From assembly GCA_050084985.1 (NCBI GenBank), contig JBITNC010000001.1, positions 43,524,001 to 43,588,000 on the forward strand: a stretch of DNA of 64,000 bases, read 5' to 3'. The notes under the pieces are model-generated. The model saw only the letters and a program-made list of their open reading frames with translations, was not told the DNA's origin and searched no databases. Each line of letters begins with the position of its first letter. The stretch's first letter is position 1. This stretch comes from Nageia nagi. Its lineage: Eukaryota > Plantae > Pinophyta. This document shows positions 42,057-55,612 of this stretch, one piece after another. A program made the translations under genes and the position numbers.

Positions 42057-43720
42057 TGTTAAGGTTTGAGCCTAATTTATTTTGGCTAAGTTACATTTTC
42101 AACTCTCTATTTTGTAATTAACATACACATGGATGATCTATAGGATTATTTGGTAGACAAAGGAATGATCAATACCAATTGACCAATAGGAGGTAAGATA
42201 GGGTTGTGATCAACCCGAAAGACCTAATTGACTTGATGATTGCTAGTCATAGACTAGATACATGTAAAGTCTATTTTGAGGCACAAAACTTGGTATTCAA
42301 CTATTATAAGGTTGTAAAATTGAGTTTGAATTAGGTGGAAAATTATATAATTGCAAATTACTCCATTTAGGACTAAAAATAAGATTGTATGAATCTATAT
42401 ATATAGAATAGGAATGAATGTGAATGGGTGAATAATGATATGCATAGGTGAGAAATAGGAAGAGGAACTAAATTCTTGGGAGAGAGACTATTGTAGTGAG
42501 GATTATTTATAAGAAAAAAGAAGGGTATAATAGTTTTACTGTAGGTTGTATCATTTATTTCTTGAAGTAAATTAATCAAAGTATTGGATATTCTCTATGT
42601 ATGTAGCCCACATCGGATGAACTATGTTACATAGTTTATCTTCTCTTGTGTAATTTTATTTTTCTTTTGGTTTAAAGTAGAGTAGTTTGTCTACTATATT
42701 TTTATATAGTGAATCCTAACAAGTGGTATCAAAGCTATTTTGTTTTGTTGGGTGTACTTGATAGAAAGGAAGCATGAGTTTGTAAATTGAGTAGGAGTAA
42801 TGGTAGAAGAAGGCAGGTTTAGGGTGGAAAATTGTAATGGCTAGAATTTTCATTTTTGAAAGATGCAAATGGAGGAATACTTGTATCAAAAGTATCTTTT
42901 TATTCATATTGAAGGTAAGACAAAGGAAAATTTGACTATGTAAAATGAAGAGTGGAGTCTTCTTGATAGAAATATATTAGGTATAGTGATGTTGTGTTTG
43001 GGAGAAATGATTGCTTCAATATCTCTATGAAAAAGACTACAAAGGATGTCATGGAAGAGTTGGCCAGGTTGAATTAAAAAACCTCAACCTCAAGAAAGGT
43101 ATTTCTATTGAAAAGGTTATTTATTATGCAAATGGTTGAAGGAGGATCCATTTTAGACTACTTGAATGATTTCAATACTATTACTAATGAGTTGTATTCA
43201 ATGGGTTCATGTTTTGATGATGAAGTTAGGGCCTTGTTGATATTATGATTGTTATTGGGAAAATGGAATAGCTTGGTAATGGTGGTTTGTAATTATACTT
43301 CAAATTATAACAAGTTAGTGTTTAATGATGTGGTGGGAATCTTTTTTAGTGAGGACATGTAGATAAATCCATGGGTGAAAAAATGAGTTGTCCTAGTGCA
43401 TTGCTTGTTGAGAATAAGGTAAGATAGAGGGAAGGAGGTGTATATTAGAATCAAGAAAAATTAAAGAGAAAATATAATAGAAAATATAATATGGAGTGTT
43501 GGTATTATAGGAATAAGGGATACTTGAAAAGAGAGTGTTGGTATAGGAAGGTAGAAGACAAGGAGGGTAATGAAGGTAATACTAATGAGATTAATATGGC
43601 TGGTGGATTTTATAATATGCATTGATATTATCTCTTGATATGTATAATGATTATTTGGTTATAGATTTAGGTTCTTCTTATCATGTAATGTTTCATGCAA
43701 CTTCTCACAAGGGTCATTTT
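42057..43720 (+). mobile_element. Truncated Ty1/copia element (Tnt1/Tork-like): 5' LTR, PBS, gag, start of protease
   Basis: LTR ends cctaaCA (42721) and probably starts TGttaagg (42057, less certain). PBS tggtatcaaagc (42724-42735, tRNA-iMet). ATG 42800 gives MVEEGRFRVENCNG*NFHF*KMQMEEYLYQK, then knuckle CWYYRNKGYLKREC and protease VIDLGSSYH. Confidence 0.88.
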
Positions 43721-46700
43721 CTAACTTCATTGGGAATGTGAAAACATCAAGTGAACCATTCATATAATTTTATCAACATGAGGAGAGATATAAAAAATAT
43801 AAAGCATAAGGATCCTCAATTGCACATGATAGAAAAAATAGATGGAAAAATGTTCAATAGAGTATTATTAGATGAGGTACTAGTAATCCATGTGGTGTCA
43901 TCAACAATCTTGAGCAAGTTAAATCTCCCTCTTTCTCTCTTGGAAGCTCCAACTTTAGTCTTGAGATCCTTCAACAATCAACTATGAAACACTTTTGGAA
44001 GCATATTTCTACCTATTGAGGCTGATTTAAGACCAAAAATTCTTCATTTCAAGTGATATAGGAAGAAACATAAAATTAAGTTTTACTCAAAAGACCATGG
44101 ATAAGGGAAATGGAATGTGTTCCATAAACACTACAGGGGTGTGTCAAATATCTTAGGGATGGGTAATGCATTGTATATGGATGGATGTGGAACCTTTTAG
44201 CCATTACAACCTTGTTGATTTGTCTCATGGAACTCTCCTTCCTTCCACCTATATCTATATGGAAATTATACATATAAATAATGACCCATTGCTTCTTTCT
44301 TGGTATGAACTCACATAATGAATTGGAAGTATATAGAGTATCTCAAAATTCACAAGACAATAATACATAACAAAAAACAAAAAGAAAATTAGTATTAAAT
44401 AAATCATATAATGAAATAGAGTAATCTTTAATTAATTTATGGGAACAAGAGTCTCAAATAGTTGTCTATAAAGAAACTAATAAAGAAGAGTTTCGTGGTC
44501 TTTCCCCTATATTACAAGAGAAAACTTCTTGGAAGGAAAGAGCTTAATATCTAGAAAATAATTGAAAAATCTTCCTTTAAAAATGATATTCCAAATAGTT
44601 CCTCTATATTGAACCAAGTACAATAACTAAATAAGAGGAACATGATAAACAATATGATAACTTAGAAATTATTAATAAAAAATAAAATAAGTACAATCTA
44701 ATGTATAAGAACTTGTGTCTATAATTGATTTTGAGTTCAAAAACATAAGCATGGGTGAATATTCTATTTATGATATAATGTTTATTGTACTTTCATTTCA
44801 TGATGTTGGGTGTACAATTGAATACCCTTTGGCCATTAGCATACTCATCCCACTTGGAACCATTAAGAATCAAACTTATCTTGTGTATGCGGGACTAGAT
44901 GCTCTAACTTATTTATCTTATAAATCGGCTCCCAAAAAGAGTTTTTATGGAAAAATTGATTATATTTCCTATTCCTATTTTATTCATAAATAGTTTTACA
45001 AGTATAATTGGTAGGGCTATGTCTTGGTTAGATATGAGCAAGGCATTGTTCATGTCATGCAATTGCCTTTAATATAAAGGTTCTCAAAATTCAAATGCTA
45101 TAGCCCAACTGCATGAGTTATAAGATGAGGGAGACTATGAGGAATCCCTATCCCTCATGGAGGTGCACTATTTGATGCACCTTCTTCACCTATTCCTAAA
45201 TTTTCTCTTTCTTCATTCTTGTTTGAACAAGTAAACATGATTAGTATCTCATTTGTCTCTTGTTTCTCTCACATGTTTGATTTTGGTGATTCTCATTTGT
45301 AGATCAAGATGTTGTTGACTTTTCTATGATGTCTCTTCATGATATTTATACACATGATTCCTTTGTTTATCCTTGTGACCATGTTGAACCCTATATAGAT
45401 GACCTAGATGAGGATGAAAATAGGCCTTTTTTGAACCATAAGTTGGAGGATGGGTCCCATATGTTAGTAGAGGAAGCTATAGATGTTAACTTGAGTGATG
45501 ATCCAAACAATCCAAAAATGGTCAAAAGTAGAAAGTATTACATAGGATGAGAGAAAAGAGTTTTCTATTTGGTTAAAGGAAATGATAAAGATCTTTTCTT
45601 ACCCTTATCAGGATACTCCTGGATTAGATATAAATTTAGTGATGCACCATTTGACTCTTAAAGAGGATGCTAAACCAATAAAGCAAAAACCTAGAAAAAT
45701 GCATCCAACTAAGGCTTTAATGGTTAAATCCAAATTACATAAAATTCCATATGTAAAATTAATTAAAGATATAACTTATCCACAATGGGTTTCCAACAAT
45801 GTGATAGTTCTAAAGCCTATGGTAGGATTCAAATTTGCATATATTTTAAAGATGTAACTAAGGCTTTCCTTAAGGATGATTTTCCTCTTCCTAATATTGA
45901 TACCTTAGTGGATAACATAAGACTTGACAATGCAGGTTCTACATATTATCATGCAATGAGTTACATACTTCATGATTACATGCACAACATAGTAGAAGAC
46001 TACATGGATGATCTTATTATCAAATCTAAAATACATGAGTATCATTTAGATATATTATGCAAAATATTAGATAGAGTCTTGGAATACAATGTTAGACTTA
46101 ATCCCAATAAATGTGTGTTTGAGATTTTATTAGGAAAGTTACTAGGTTTAATTGTTTCAAAAAGACGTATTGATATATACCCAAATAATTTCAAAGAAAT
46201 TAATGAAATGCCTCCACCTAAAAACCTCAAAAAAATTTATACAAAAAAAATCCAAGCTACTAGAAGGTTCATTGCATAATTGTCAAATAAATGTCATCCT
46301 TTCAATAACTTATTAAAGAAGAATGCAAAGTTTATATGGGATCAATAATATCAAGATTCTTTTGAGTATATTAAGAGATGTCTTACACATCCTCCTATCA
46401 TTTATACCACCTAGACTAGGGGTTCTATTTCATCTTTACATCTTTGCCACAAAATTTTCTTTGGGCTTCATGTTAGTACAATAAAATGATGTAAAAAAGG
46501 AACAAGCTATTTAATACTTGAGCTAAAATTTATCCATCTATGAGAATATGTATTCCCACTTAGTGGTTTTTTCAACACAAAAACTAAGGCACTATATGTT
46601 AAATCATAAGATCTTTATGATTTCAAAGATGATCCTCTTAAGTACATGATGAAAAAAATGGTCCCTAATGCAAGAGTAGCCAAGTGGATCATGTTCCTCA

Positions 46701-46743
46701 TAGAATTTGACCTAGAGTTAAATAAATCAAAAGTCTATAAAAG
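43721..46743 (+). mobile_element. Element C (Ogre-like), part 1: PROT, RT, RNase H; 5' end lost
   Basis: FNRVLLDEVLVIHV..LKRPWI (PROT); PIKQKPRKMHP, DDFPLPNIDTLVDN, YMDDLI, LNPNKCVF (RT); KLRHY..AKWIMFLIEFDL..QKSIK (RH). Colinear with B. Confidence 0.9.
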
Positions 46744-47946
46744 TGCAATGTTTTCAATTTATCATTGTACCTTTATCATACCATTATACTTCACCATAGT
46801 TATTGGATTGTTGATTCATCTTCTGGATTAGATAGAGCATCTTGTGCCTAATATTTTGACATGTTATACAACATGGTTTCATCAAGAAATGAAAGAGATA
46901 TTGCCTTTTGAATTTCACTTATTGAGCTAATTTTCTACATTCACATGTGTGGGAATTTACTATTTCTCCCATTTAATGGGATTTCTCTATGTAACATCCC
47001 TCTTATAGGGATATGATATAGCATTTGATTATTTATAGAAGTTTCCTATATAATTAGGATTCTTTATGCACCCTTTGATAATAATGAGTTATAATAATGA
47101 ATTAGTGAGACCTTGGGATAGGAGATTTATGGGTCCAAGGGACCAATTGTGAGCCCTAATGTGGGAAGTATCCCTCCTAGAAATAATTAGGAGCATTTAT
47201 TAGCATTTTACATGATTATGGTGACTACAAGGAGTGATTATATAGATCTCAAGATTAATATATGCTCCTAGGGATGTGAGATGTCAAAGCTTGATGACTC
47301 ATAGATGAAGATCTAGGCATCCAAAGTAAGGCATCATCTATTTATTAGGCTAGCACAACATTAAGGAGGCATATTTTGGAATATTTAATAAACTTCTATT
47401 TTGGATTATGGTGTAGTGTCATCTCTTGGGCCTATTGTGGATGAAAACTTATAAGGGAAGGGTTTGATGGAATGAAAACCCCACTAGATCTTGATTGAGG
47501 ATGAAAAACCCACTAGATCTTGATTGAGCACAAAAACTCTTAGTCATTAGTTACATCATTTCTACCTTTGGGGATCTAGGAGTTGGGAAGATCCCTTTGG
47601 TGGAGCATCCAACCTCCAAGGGAGTATTACTTCAATTATTCTTTGCAGATCCAATGATTTAGAGCCTAACATTATGACATCAACCTTATTAGTACATATT
47701 TTTCATTGTTTGGTCCTAGATCTAGTCCATAAAGCTAGATGTAAGTCCTTTTGGGTTGTATTTCCTTTTATCTTGATACTTCATTTCTATATATTAAGGC
47801 ATTGCACCATTAGATTTCATATTTGGTTGTGTATTGGATATTTTTGGTAATATTACTATGTTTGGTATTATTTCATAATTATTGCATGGTTTCGTTGCAC
47901 ATTTTGGTTAATAATTTAGAATATATATTATTTCATGTGAACATCA
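46744..47946 (+). repeat. Element D 5' LTR
   Basis: TGcaatgttttcaatttatcatt...gtgaacatCA. Colinear with 57871-59037. Has a private ~29-bp tandem duplication (47472-47528). Confidence 0.9.
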
Positions 47947-49709
47947 AAGTGTATCATATCTAATATCTTAATAGCTTGTGGAGATTAATAGAGAAGAATC
48001 ATTTAAATCTAGGGAAAGAATTGAAAAATTGGATGCCCTAATACATATGGTGAAGGAGTTGCTTGATGGCATGAGAAGAAGAGATTATTTTTCTAGGGAA
48101 TCATTTACTCAACATGGATATATGCCATATACAAGGATGAGAGATTGAAAAAAAATGTACGAAGCTATGCCAAGTCTAGAGAAAAGGATTCTACCACACT
48201 TTTATAGAATAATATCTATGAGACAATAATATTTAGGAGGAAGCAATCCCTTTTTATATATATTAGGTTTGCAAGAGATCTAGGAGAAGGAGGTAGTTTG
48301 GTTAGCCATTTATCACCATTTCCTATAACATCCAAGCCCATGTTCCTTCCCAAGAAAGAGGATTATCCAAATATTTGAATCCATGGGATTTATATGCCCT
48401 ATTTTGGGAGTACCAAGAGAATTTGGAAGAATTCATGGTTACAATTTTTTTTTAGAATTATTTGGAGCTTTTAGGAAGAAAGTGAGGTCGTGGAGGATTG
48501 AAGAGCTTCTATATGAGAGATTTAGGATTTGGATAAGGATGCAAACCCTCTAAGGCATCATGTGCACCATTATGAGAATTGGATTCACCATGAGGGCACC
48601 TAAAAGGGTATGAAAGCAATTCTTATTTTATGACAATAGTGCATTTATAAATATGATGGGAGAAGAGATCTACAACAAGAATTTAGATCTAATCAAATAA
48701 AACCAACCATACATTGGGAAAATGAAACACACATATAGATGAAAATGGTAGAGATAAGATTGAGAAGAATCTAGTGAATCACAAATGGATCTTAAGGTAA
48801 ATATTATTGGCCCTAAATTGGAAGAATTTCATAAGAAGCTTATGGAAGAAGAGAACAACATTAAAGAAAAAACCCTAAGTTTGAAGAATGGTACAAAGAA
48901 GATAATGAGATCATGGATAACAAGTGTATGGAATCCTATTTATTTCTTAACAATGGTTCTTCAATACATGATTATAATAGTCTTGACAAAAGTAATGGGG
49001 ACTACGTCCATGAAGAAAGACATATTTAATATATGGTAAAAGATGTAGAAGTGGGATACAAGGAGGTCATCACATCATAATCAAAGAAGGATACATGGCA
49101 TGAAGTTTGGGAGAATGTTAGAGGGTTCCTCTTTGTGAATTTAGCCTTCAAGGAAAGGCATCCATATTTAGGGGGATTTGGTAAAGTGTAACACATCAAA
49201 AGAACTTAATTATAGCTTAAGGAATTGATGTGCAACCTCTAGGATTGCATTTGTATCATTAGAGGCTTGGAATGGCTATAGAGGGGTTGTTGAGAGTTAT
49301 GAAACAATTATTGATTTTATTTTGAATTATGACAACAATTAAATAGTAATGAAGACCTAGATCTAATTAGAAGAGTAATGGAAGAATGGATATTGAGTTG
49401 GTTGGTTGTTAATAAGAAGATATAGGTTGTTCTACCAAAATACTTATTGAGACTACATACTAGACAAAAAAGGGATTTTGGGGGCAATTTTAAATTGTTT
49501 TCTATCATATTTACTAGTGATTATCTGCCCATTTCCTATGAGCTTGCCACCAAAAGTCCCCTCTTTATGATGATGGTTAAACATTGTTAGTATATGGGAC
49601 TTGAAACCACCTTTTAATGTCGTACAAAGTTGGTTATAAACCACCTCATTATGTTTTTAAAGTGATAGTTTGAGCCATCGCTTTATGGATATATGCAATG
49701 GTTTTTTTA

Positions 49710-50168
49710 CCATCACATACCCTAGAAGCATTATTCCAAATGGAAGAATGCTTCCAAGATACTCCATCCTCAGTTACCCGAGGAATTCGGGCTCAATCAT
49801 GGTGAGCCCAATTATGATGTTGGCCATGGAATCTCAAAGGATGGCCTAATAGAAATGAACAATCATCATATATATATATATATATATACAATAGTTAAAA
49901 TCCATCACATAGCAATAGAAGAATGCTTCCAAGCTATGCCATCCTTAATTACTTGAGGCATTTGAGCTCAATCATAATGAGCCCAATTATGATGCTGGCC
50001 ATGGATTACCAAAGGATGTCCTAATGGAACTGACTAATCACCATATATATATTTTATATATAAATGGTGATTGGTCAGTTCCATTAGCACATCCTTCATG
50101 AATTATGATGCTAGCCATGGATTCCCTAAGGATGGCCTAATGAAACTGACCAATCATTGTATATATAT
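49710..50168. repeat. Module X tandem copies, (TA)10 tract and fold-back
   Basis: gaagaatgcttccaag...gagcccaattatgatg(t/c)tggccatgga...aaggatg.cctaat.gaa.tga..aatca..atatat occurs twice, plus a third partial copy. (TA)10 at 49869-49888. Inverted arm at 50064-50096. Confidence 0.9.
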
Positions 50169-53100
50169 GTGAATGATGAAGTGGTAAGTTGGAAAAAATA
50201 TGCTTGTAATACTTTGCAATTGTTCAACCTAGAAATTTAAATGCTATGTTATCTTACTTCCATAATAATATATCTTTCCCCTAGGATAACCTATTCAAAA
50301 AATCATGAATGAGAAGCTATTAATAGATGTATCATTGTTATATAACCATACAACCAACTTGGATGCTTAAAACATATGATATGAAATGATATAAGTCCAC
50401 CATATGATAGAAAATTATGTGCTTTTAAGCAGATGCATGATGCAAACACAATTTCATTATCTACAATGATTGCAAGATACAAACACATGATGCAAGGCTT
50501 GGGAATTATTTGACAAGATGCATGATGTAAACATAATTTTTTGAAAAAGCTCAATAAGATTCAAATATTCTCTACAATTATGCTTAAATGATCAATAATG
50601 CCATAATTATGATCAAATATTATTACTCATATGATTCAAATATGCTCTATAGTACTGCTACCATAACATCTTGATTTATAAGCATCAAGTAGACACATCC
50701 ACACACCCAAATAACACTTTTTGAAATAAATGAAATGGAACATAAAACTTGATAGACATGAATGTAAAATGCGGATGATGTAGATATAGTCTCATGGACT
50801 ACAATGGTTGGAGGAAATGCAATTCATGGCTACAACAAGGATTCCCTTAAACTCTGATACTATGAACCACTTGGGAACCACATATTTTTTTGTGTTTAGC
50901 TATGTATTACAAGCACATTTTTGCCAACTTAGGTGGGAACATAGATTAGTTTTCATAATTTCAAGTTTTTGAATCATATGGTGTATTTAAATAATTTTAT
51001 ATCACAAGTTGAACAATTGCTTTCCTTATCCAAGCTATTTTTTTGATCATATGGTGTATTTAAATCATTTATATCACAACATATAGTGAAAAAAAATAAA
51101 TAAATAAAAAGATGCACATCAGAAGCTTAGGAGGGCACTTGGAATGTTTTTATCATTTCAAGTTTTTATAAGATGAAGGGGTTGAAGAGGGAGAGGGGAA
51201 TTTGATGTATTTAAATAATTTCATATCACATCATATGGTGTATTTAAATAATTCCATACAATATGTCATAATTTATTTGTAAAAATAATTTTAATACAGG
51301 TGATGTTATGAAGTAGCTCACAACATATTCCATTATTTTCATCTAACACATCCACATACCCAATTTAGGGTTTATGGGTATTTTGGCACTTAGGGGTAAT
51401 TGGTTCTTTGAATTTTTTTACATTCTTTCACAAAGCCTATGAATCATGAAATTATTGTAGACTATAAAATTGCATTTACATCATGCATCTTATGGTTGTG
51501 ATTGCCCTAATAGATATGTATGAAAAATATGAAATAGTGTAGAAGGCATAAGAATTATTTCATGTCTCTATGGGCCTTTAATTTTTAGAATACCCATTTT
51601 ATGTGTATCGATTAATAATTATAGAAGGTGAAGTTCAAATCTCCCTCAAGATAGTTTGCACAACCAAGAAGGTCAATAATGAATGTATAATGATTAATCT
51701 TGCAATTGTATGGTATGCATAAAATGAAAGGTTGTAGATACTTTTAAGTAGATGCAATTGTCAAGTGTAAAACTAGCTTGGTGAAGGACAACAACAAACT
51801 ACCTAAGTTCTCAAACATAATATTATGGAATGCAATGATTGGAGGATATGCAATTCATAGCTAAAACAAAGATGCCCTTAAAATATTTAATATGATGACT
51901 GATTATTATCATATTACACCCATAATGAAATATTATACGTTAAGAAAGGGTAAAAACTAGTACAAAAGTGGTAAATTGGAAAAAACATGCTTGTAATACT
52001 TAGCAACTATTCAACCTAGAAATTTAAATGCTATGTTGCTTAACTCCACAATAAGCACAACAAGAAATTTAAATGCTATGTTTCTTATATAAATACAATA
52101 TATGATATAAAATGAACCAAGTGCACTATATATAATATTTAAAACTTTCCCAAGATAGCCTACATGGCCAAGAAGGTCAATAATGCATGTATAATGACTC
52201 ATTAGTCACTTGAAAAGTTATCAAGTATTTCAAGCTATGAAAAATGACATATTTGGTGCTATCTTTGCACTTGGAAATTTTAAACAACAATGACACAATT
52301 ATAAGCATTGACATGATTATAGGAATTAACTAGTGAAAAATCACTATGATAAGTATGATACTAGTATAAACAAAATTATTAATCAATGCTATCTATTAAC
52401 ATTTCTATCTACATTATCATATATGATATGCTATGTTGCTTACCTCCATAATAAGCACAATAAGATATAAAGGTTGTATGTGTTTCCTCTTGGATAACTT
52501 GTACAAAATATCATGAATTAGAAAAGTCAAGGATAGCTACATTTACAAGTTCTCAAAAGATATATCACCATTATACTTCAACATTATTCATAATGTTACG
52601 ATACAACAAACCTGGATGCTTAAAACTATAGAGATTATAATATGATGAGTCAATTGTAACTGTATCATATGACATGAAATGATTTTTCCCTATATACATA
52701 TGCATAGATGACACAAATACTTTATGCCATATCTACTCTGGTCTCACCACATCTCCTCATGTCTAGTCTTTCTTCATCTATGTGGTCTAACCAATACACC
52801 AAATGCCCCTCTTTCCTCCAATAATGATCATATGATATGCACAAACATGATATGAAACTATGTCAAGTGCACCATATGTATGATATTAAATGATCTAAGT
52901 ACATCATAAGTTATGAAATTATGTAAAGTGCACTATATGTATGGTATGAAATAATGTAAATGCACCTCTCTTCTCCAACCCTTCAGTGTGAAACTATGTC
53001 TGCATCATGTCTATCTATATAAAAAAATTTATATAAATAAATTATGGCATATGATATGAAATTGTGTTTGCATCATATATATTCTACATTACAGTCCATG

Positions 53101-53399
53101 AAACTATGTTTGCATCATGTATCTTCCACATTTTGCATACATATCTATTAAGTTTTATGTTCGATTTCAATTTTTCAAAAAGGGATTCTTAGGTGTGTGG
53201 ATGTGTCTACTTGGTTCTTCTAAATAGAATGTTGTGGTAGTAGTACTATATATCATATTTGATTCATTTGAGAAATAATTGGAACAATAAAGCATATTTG
53301 AATAATTTCATATCATATGGTACAATAGCATCTTTTCAAACTAATAAGGTGTAATTAGATAATTTCATATCATATGTTGGTGCATTTGGATCATCAAGT

Positions 53400-54880
53400 G
53401 TATATATATAATGATGACTAGTTATTTCCATTGGAATATCCTTCAAGATCCCATGGAAAAAATCATAATTGGGATGGTTGAGCTTAGGTGCCAAAATACC
53501 CCTAAACCTTGAATTTGGTATGTCCATGTGTCTACTTTATGCTTTGTAAATTGAATGTTATGGTTTTGAATGCCTAGAAAGACATGTATGCAAAGTGTGG
53601 AATAATACTCAAAGCCCATAGACATGTATGTAAAATGGAAGCTCTAGAAGAAGGTATATTTATCTATCAAAGAGTAGTTGAAAATGGTTTTTCCTTGAAT
53701 ATTATGGTTCTTACTACTTTGATAGACATGTATGAAATAATACAAAAGGCCCAAGAATTATTTTTCAAGATGCATGATGTAATATGAAATGATTGAAATA
53801 TAGTAACATATGATCCAAAAGATGGCTTGGGTAAGGTAAGAAAATTTTCAAAACAAAAATTTTCTAAGTATAAAAAACTAATCCAAAAGTGGTAAGTTGG
53901 AAAAAAATATAAAGCCTAGGAATTGTTTAAAAATATGCATGATGCAAGCACATTTTCATAGAATGCAATTGTTAGGTGTGAATCCAGACTCTAAAATCTT
54001 TGCAAGTAATATTTCCAGTACACATTCTAAATATATCAAAGACCTAAATGTAATATATATATTCAAATTATGAATTTATGAAGATTATCAAAATAACTAA
54101 TATTCATAATTTGAATCAATATCTTTAAATAAGGTCTTACATGATATATTTTGTTCTTTGTGAGAACTCTTTTTGTTTCTCATTATTTGAATGAGAAACA
54201 AAACAAGGCTCTTAGCAAAACACAAAATATATCCTAGAAAGACAAAAACTTTTATAAAATGAGAAACCTTTGTATTTGTTCTACTTGCATATATAAACAT
54301 GTGTATGTGTTCTAATATATATATAATGGTGACTTATCAGTTCCATTGGGCCATATTTTGGAGCCCATGGCCAACATCATAATTGGGCTCACTAGGATTG
54401 AGCTCATGTGCCAAAATACCCATAAACCCTTAATTGGGTATGTGGATGTGTCTACATGATGCTTTATAAATAGAATATTATGATTTTGAATGCTTGGATA
54501 GACATGTATGCAAAGTGTGGAACAATACTGAAAGCCCATAGACATGTATACAAAATGGGAGCTTTAGAAGAAAGAATGGACTTCCATCAAAGAGTAGTTA
54601 AAAATGTTTTTGCCTTGAATATTATGGTTCTGAATGCCTTGATAGAAATATATGCAAAATATGAAATAATACACAAGGATTGAGAATTATTTCACAAGAT
54701 GCATGATGTGATATGAAATGATTTAAATATAGTATGATATGATCTAAAAATTGGCTTGGAGAAAGAAAGCAACTATTCAACCTAGACATTTTCCAAGTAT
54801 CAAAAACCAATCCAAAAGTGATAAGTTGGTAAAAAACATAATTCCTAGGAATTGTTTGATAAGACACATGATGCAAGTAT
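53400..54880. repeat. Direct duplication of a ~550-bp composite block (period ~915 bp)
   Basis: 53400-53950 and 54315-54880 have the same order: inverted module X, E1 fragment, S/L/S PPR pieces, module Y piece, ELF..MHDA. Confidence 0.88.
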
Positions 54881-55612
54881 AGTGTCAATATCTTTCAAGA
54901 AGGTATTGCAGGTTATATTCTATACTTTACCAAGAACCCTTTGTTTTATGAAAAATAAAAAGGGCTCTTAGGAAAGAATAAAACTAGCATGAGAAACCTT
55001 TATATGTGTTCTACTTGCATATATGTTTATGTGTTCTACTTGCATGCAACCATGTAGGTGTAATGGATGAGGGTTGTAAATAAATTAATAACATGAGTGA
55101 CTTTTATTTCATTATTCATGGGATGTATCATTCTTACAACATGTGCCACCATGGGAGCTCTAGAAGAAGATATGGACATCCATCAAAGAGTAGTTGAAAA
55201 TGGATTTCCATCAAATGTTGTGGTTGTGAATGTACTAATAGCCATGTATGCAAAATATGGAAGAATACACAAGGCTTGTTAATTGTTTAACAAGATGCAT
55301 GATGCATACACAATTTCATTAGGGAGAGACATCCAACCTTTATATCTTATTATGCTTATTGTGGAGGTAAGATAACATAGCATTTAAATTTCTAGGTTGA
55401 ATAATTGTTAAGTATTACACGCTTGTTTTTTACATATTACCACTTTTGTATTGGTTTTTGACACTTTCTTAAAGTATAGTATTTCATCATGTAGCCATTT
55501 TTACACATAATAATTGAATCCACTTAAAAGTCTCTACAAGTATTTCATTTTTGTGCATATCCTTCAATTGTAGGATTAATCATTGTATATGCATTGTTGA
55601 TCTTATTTTCCA

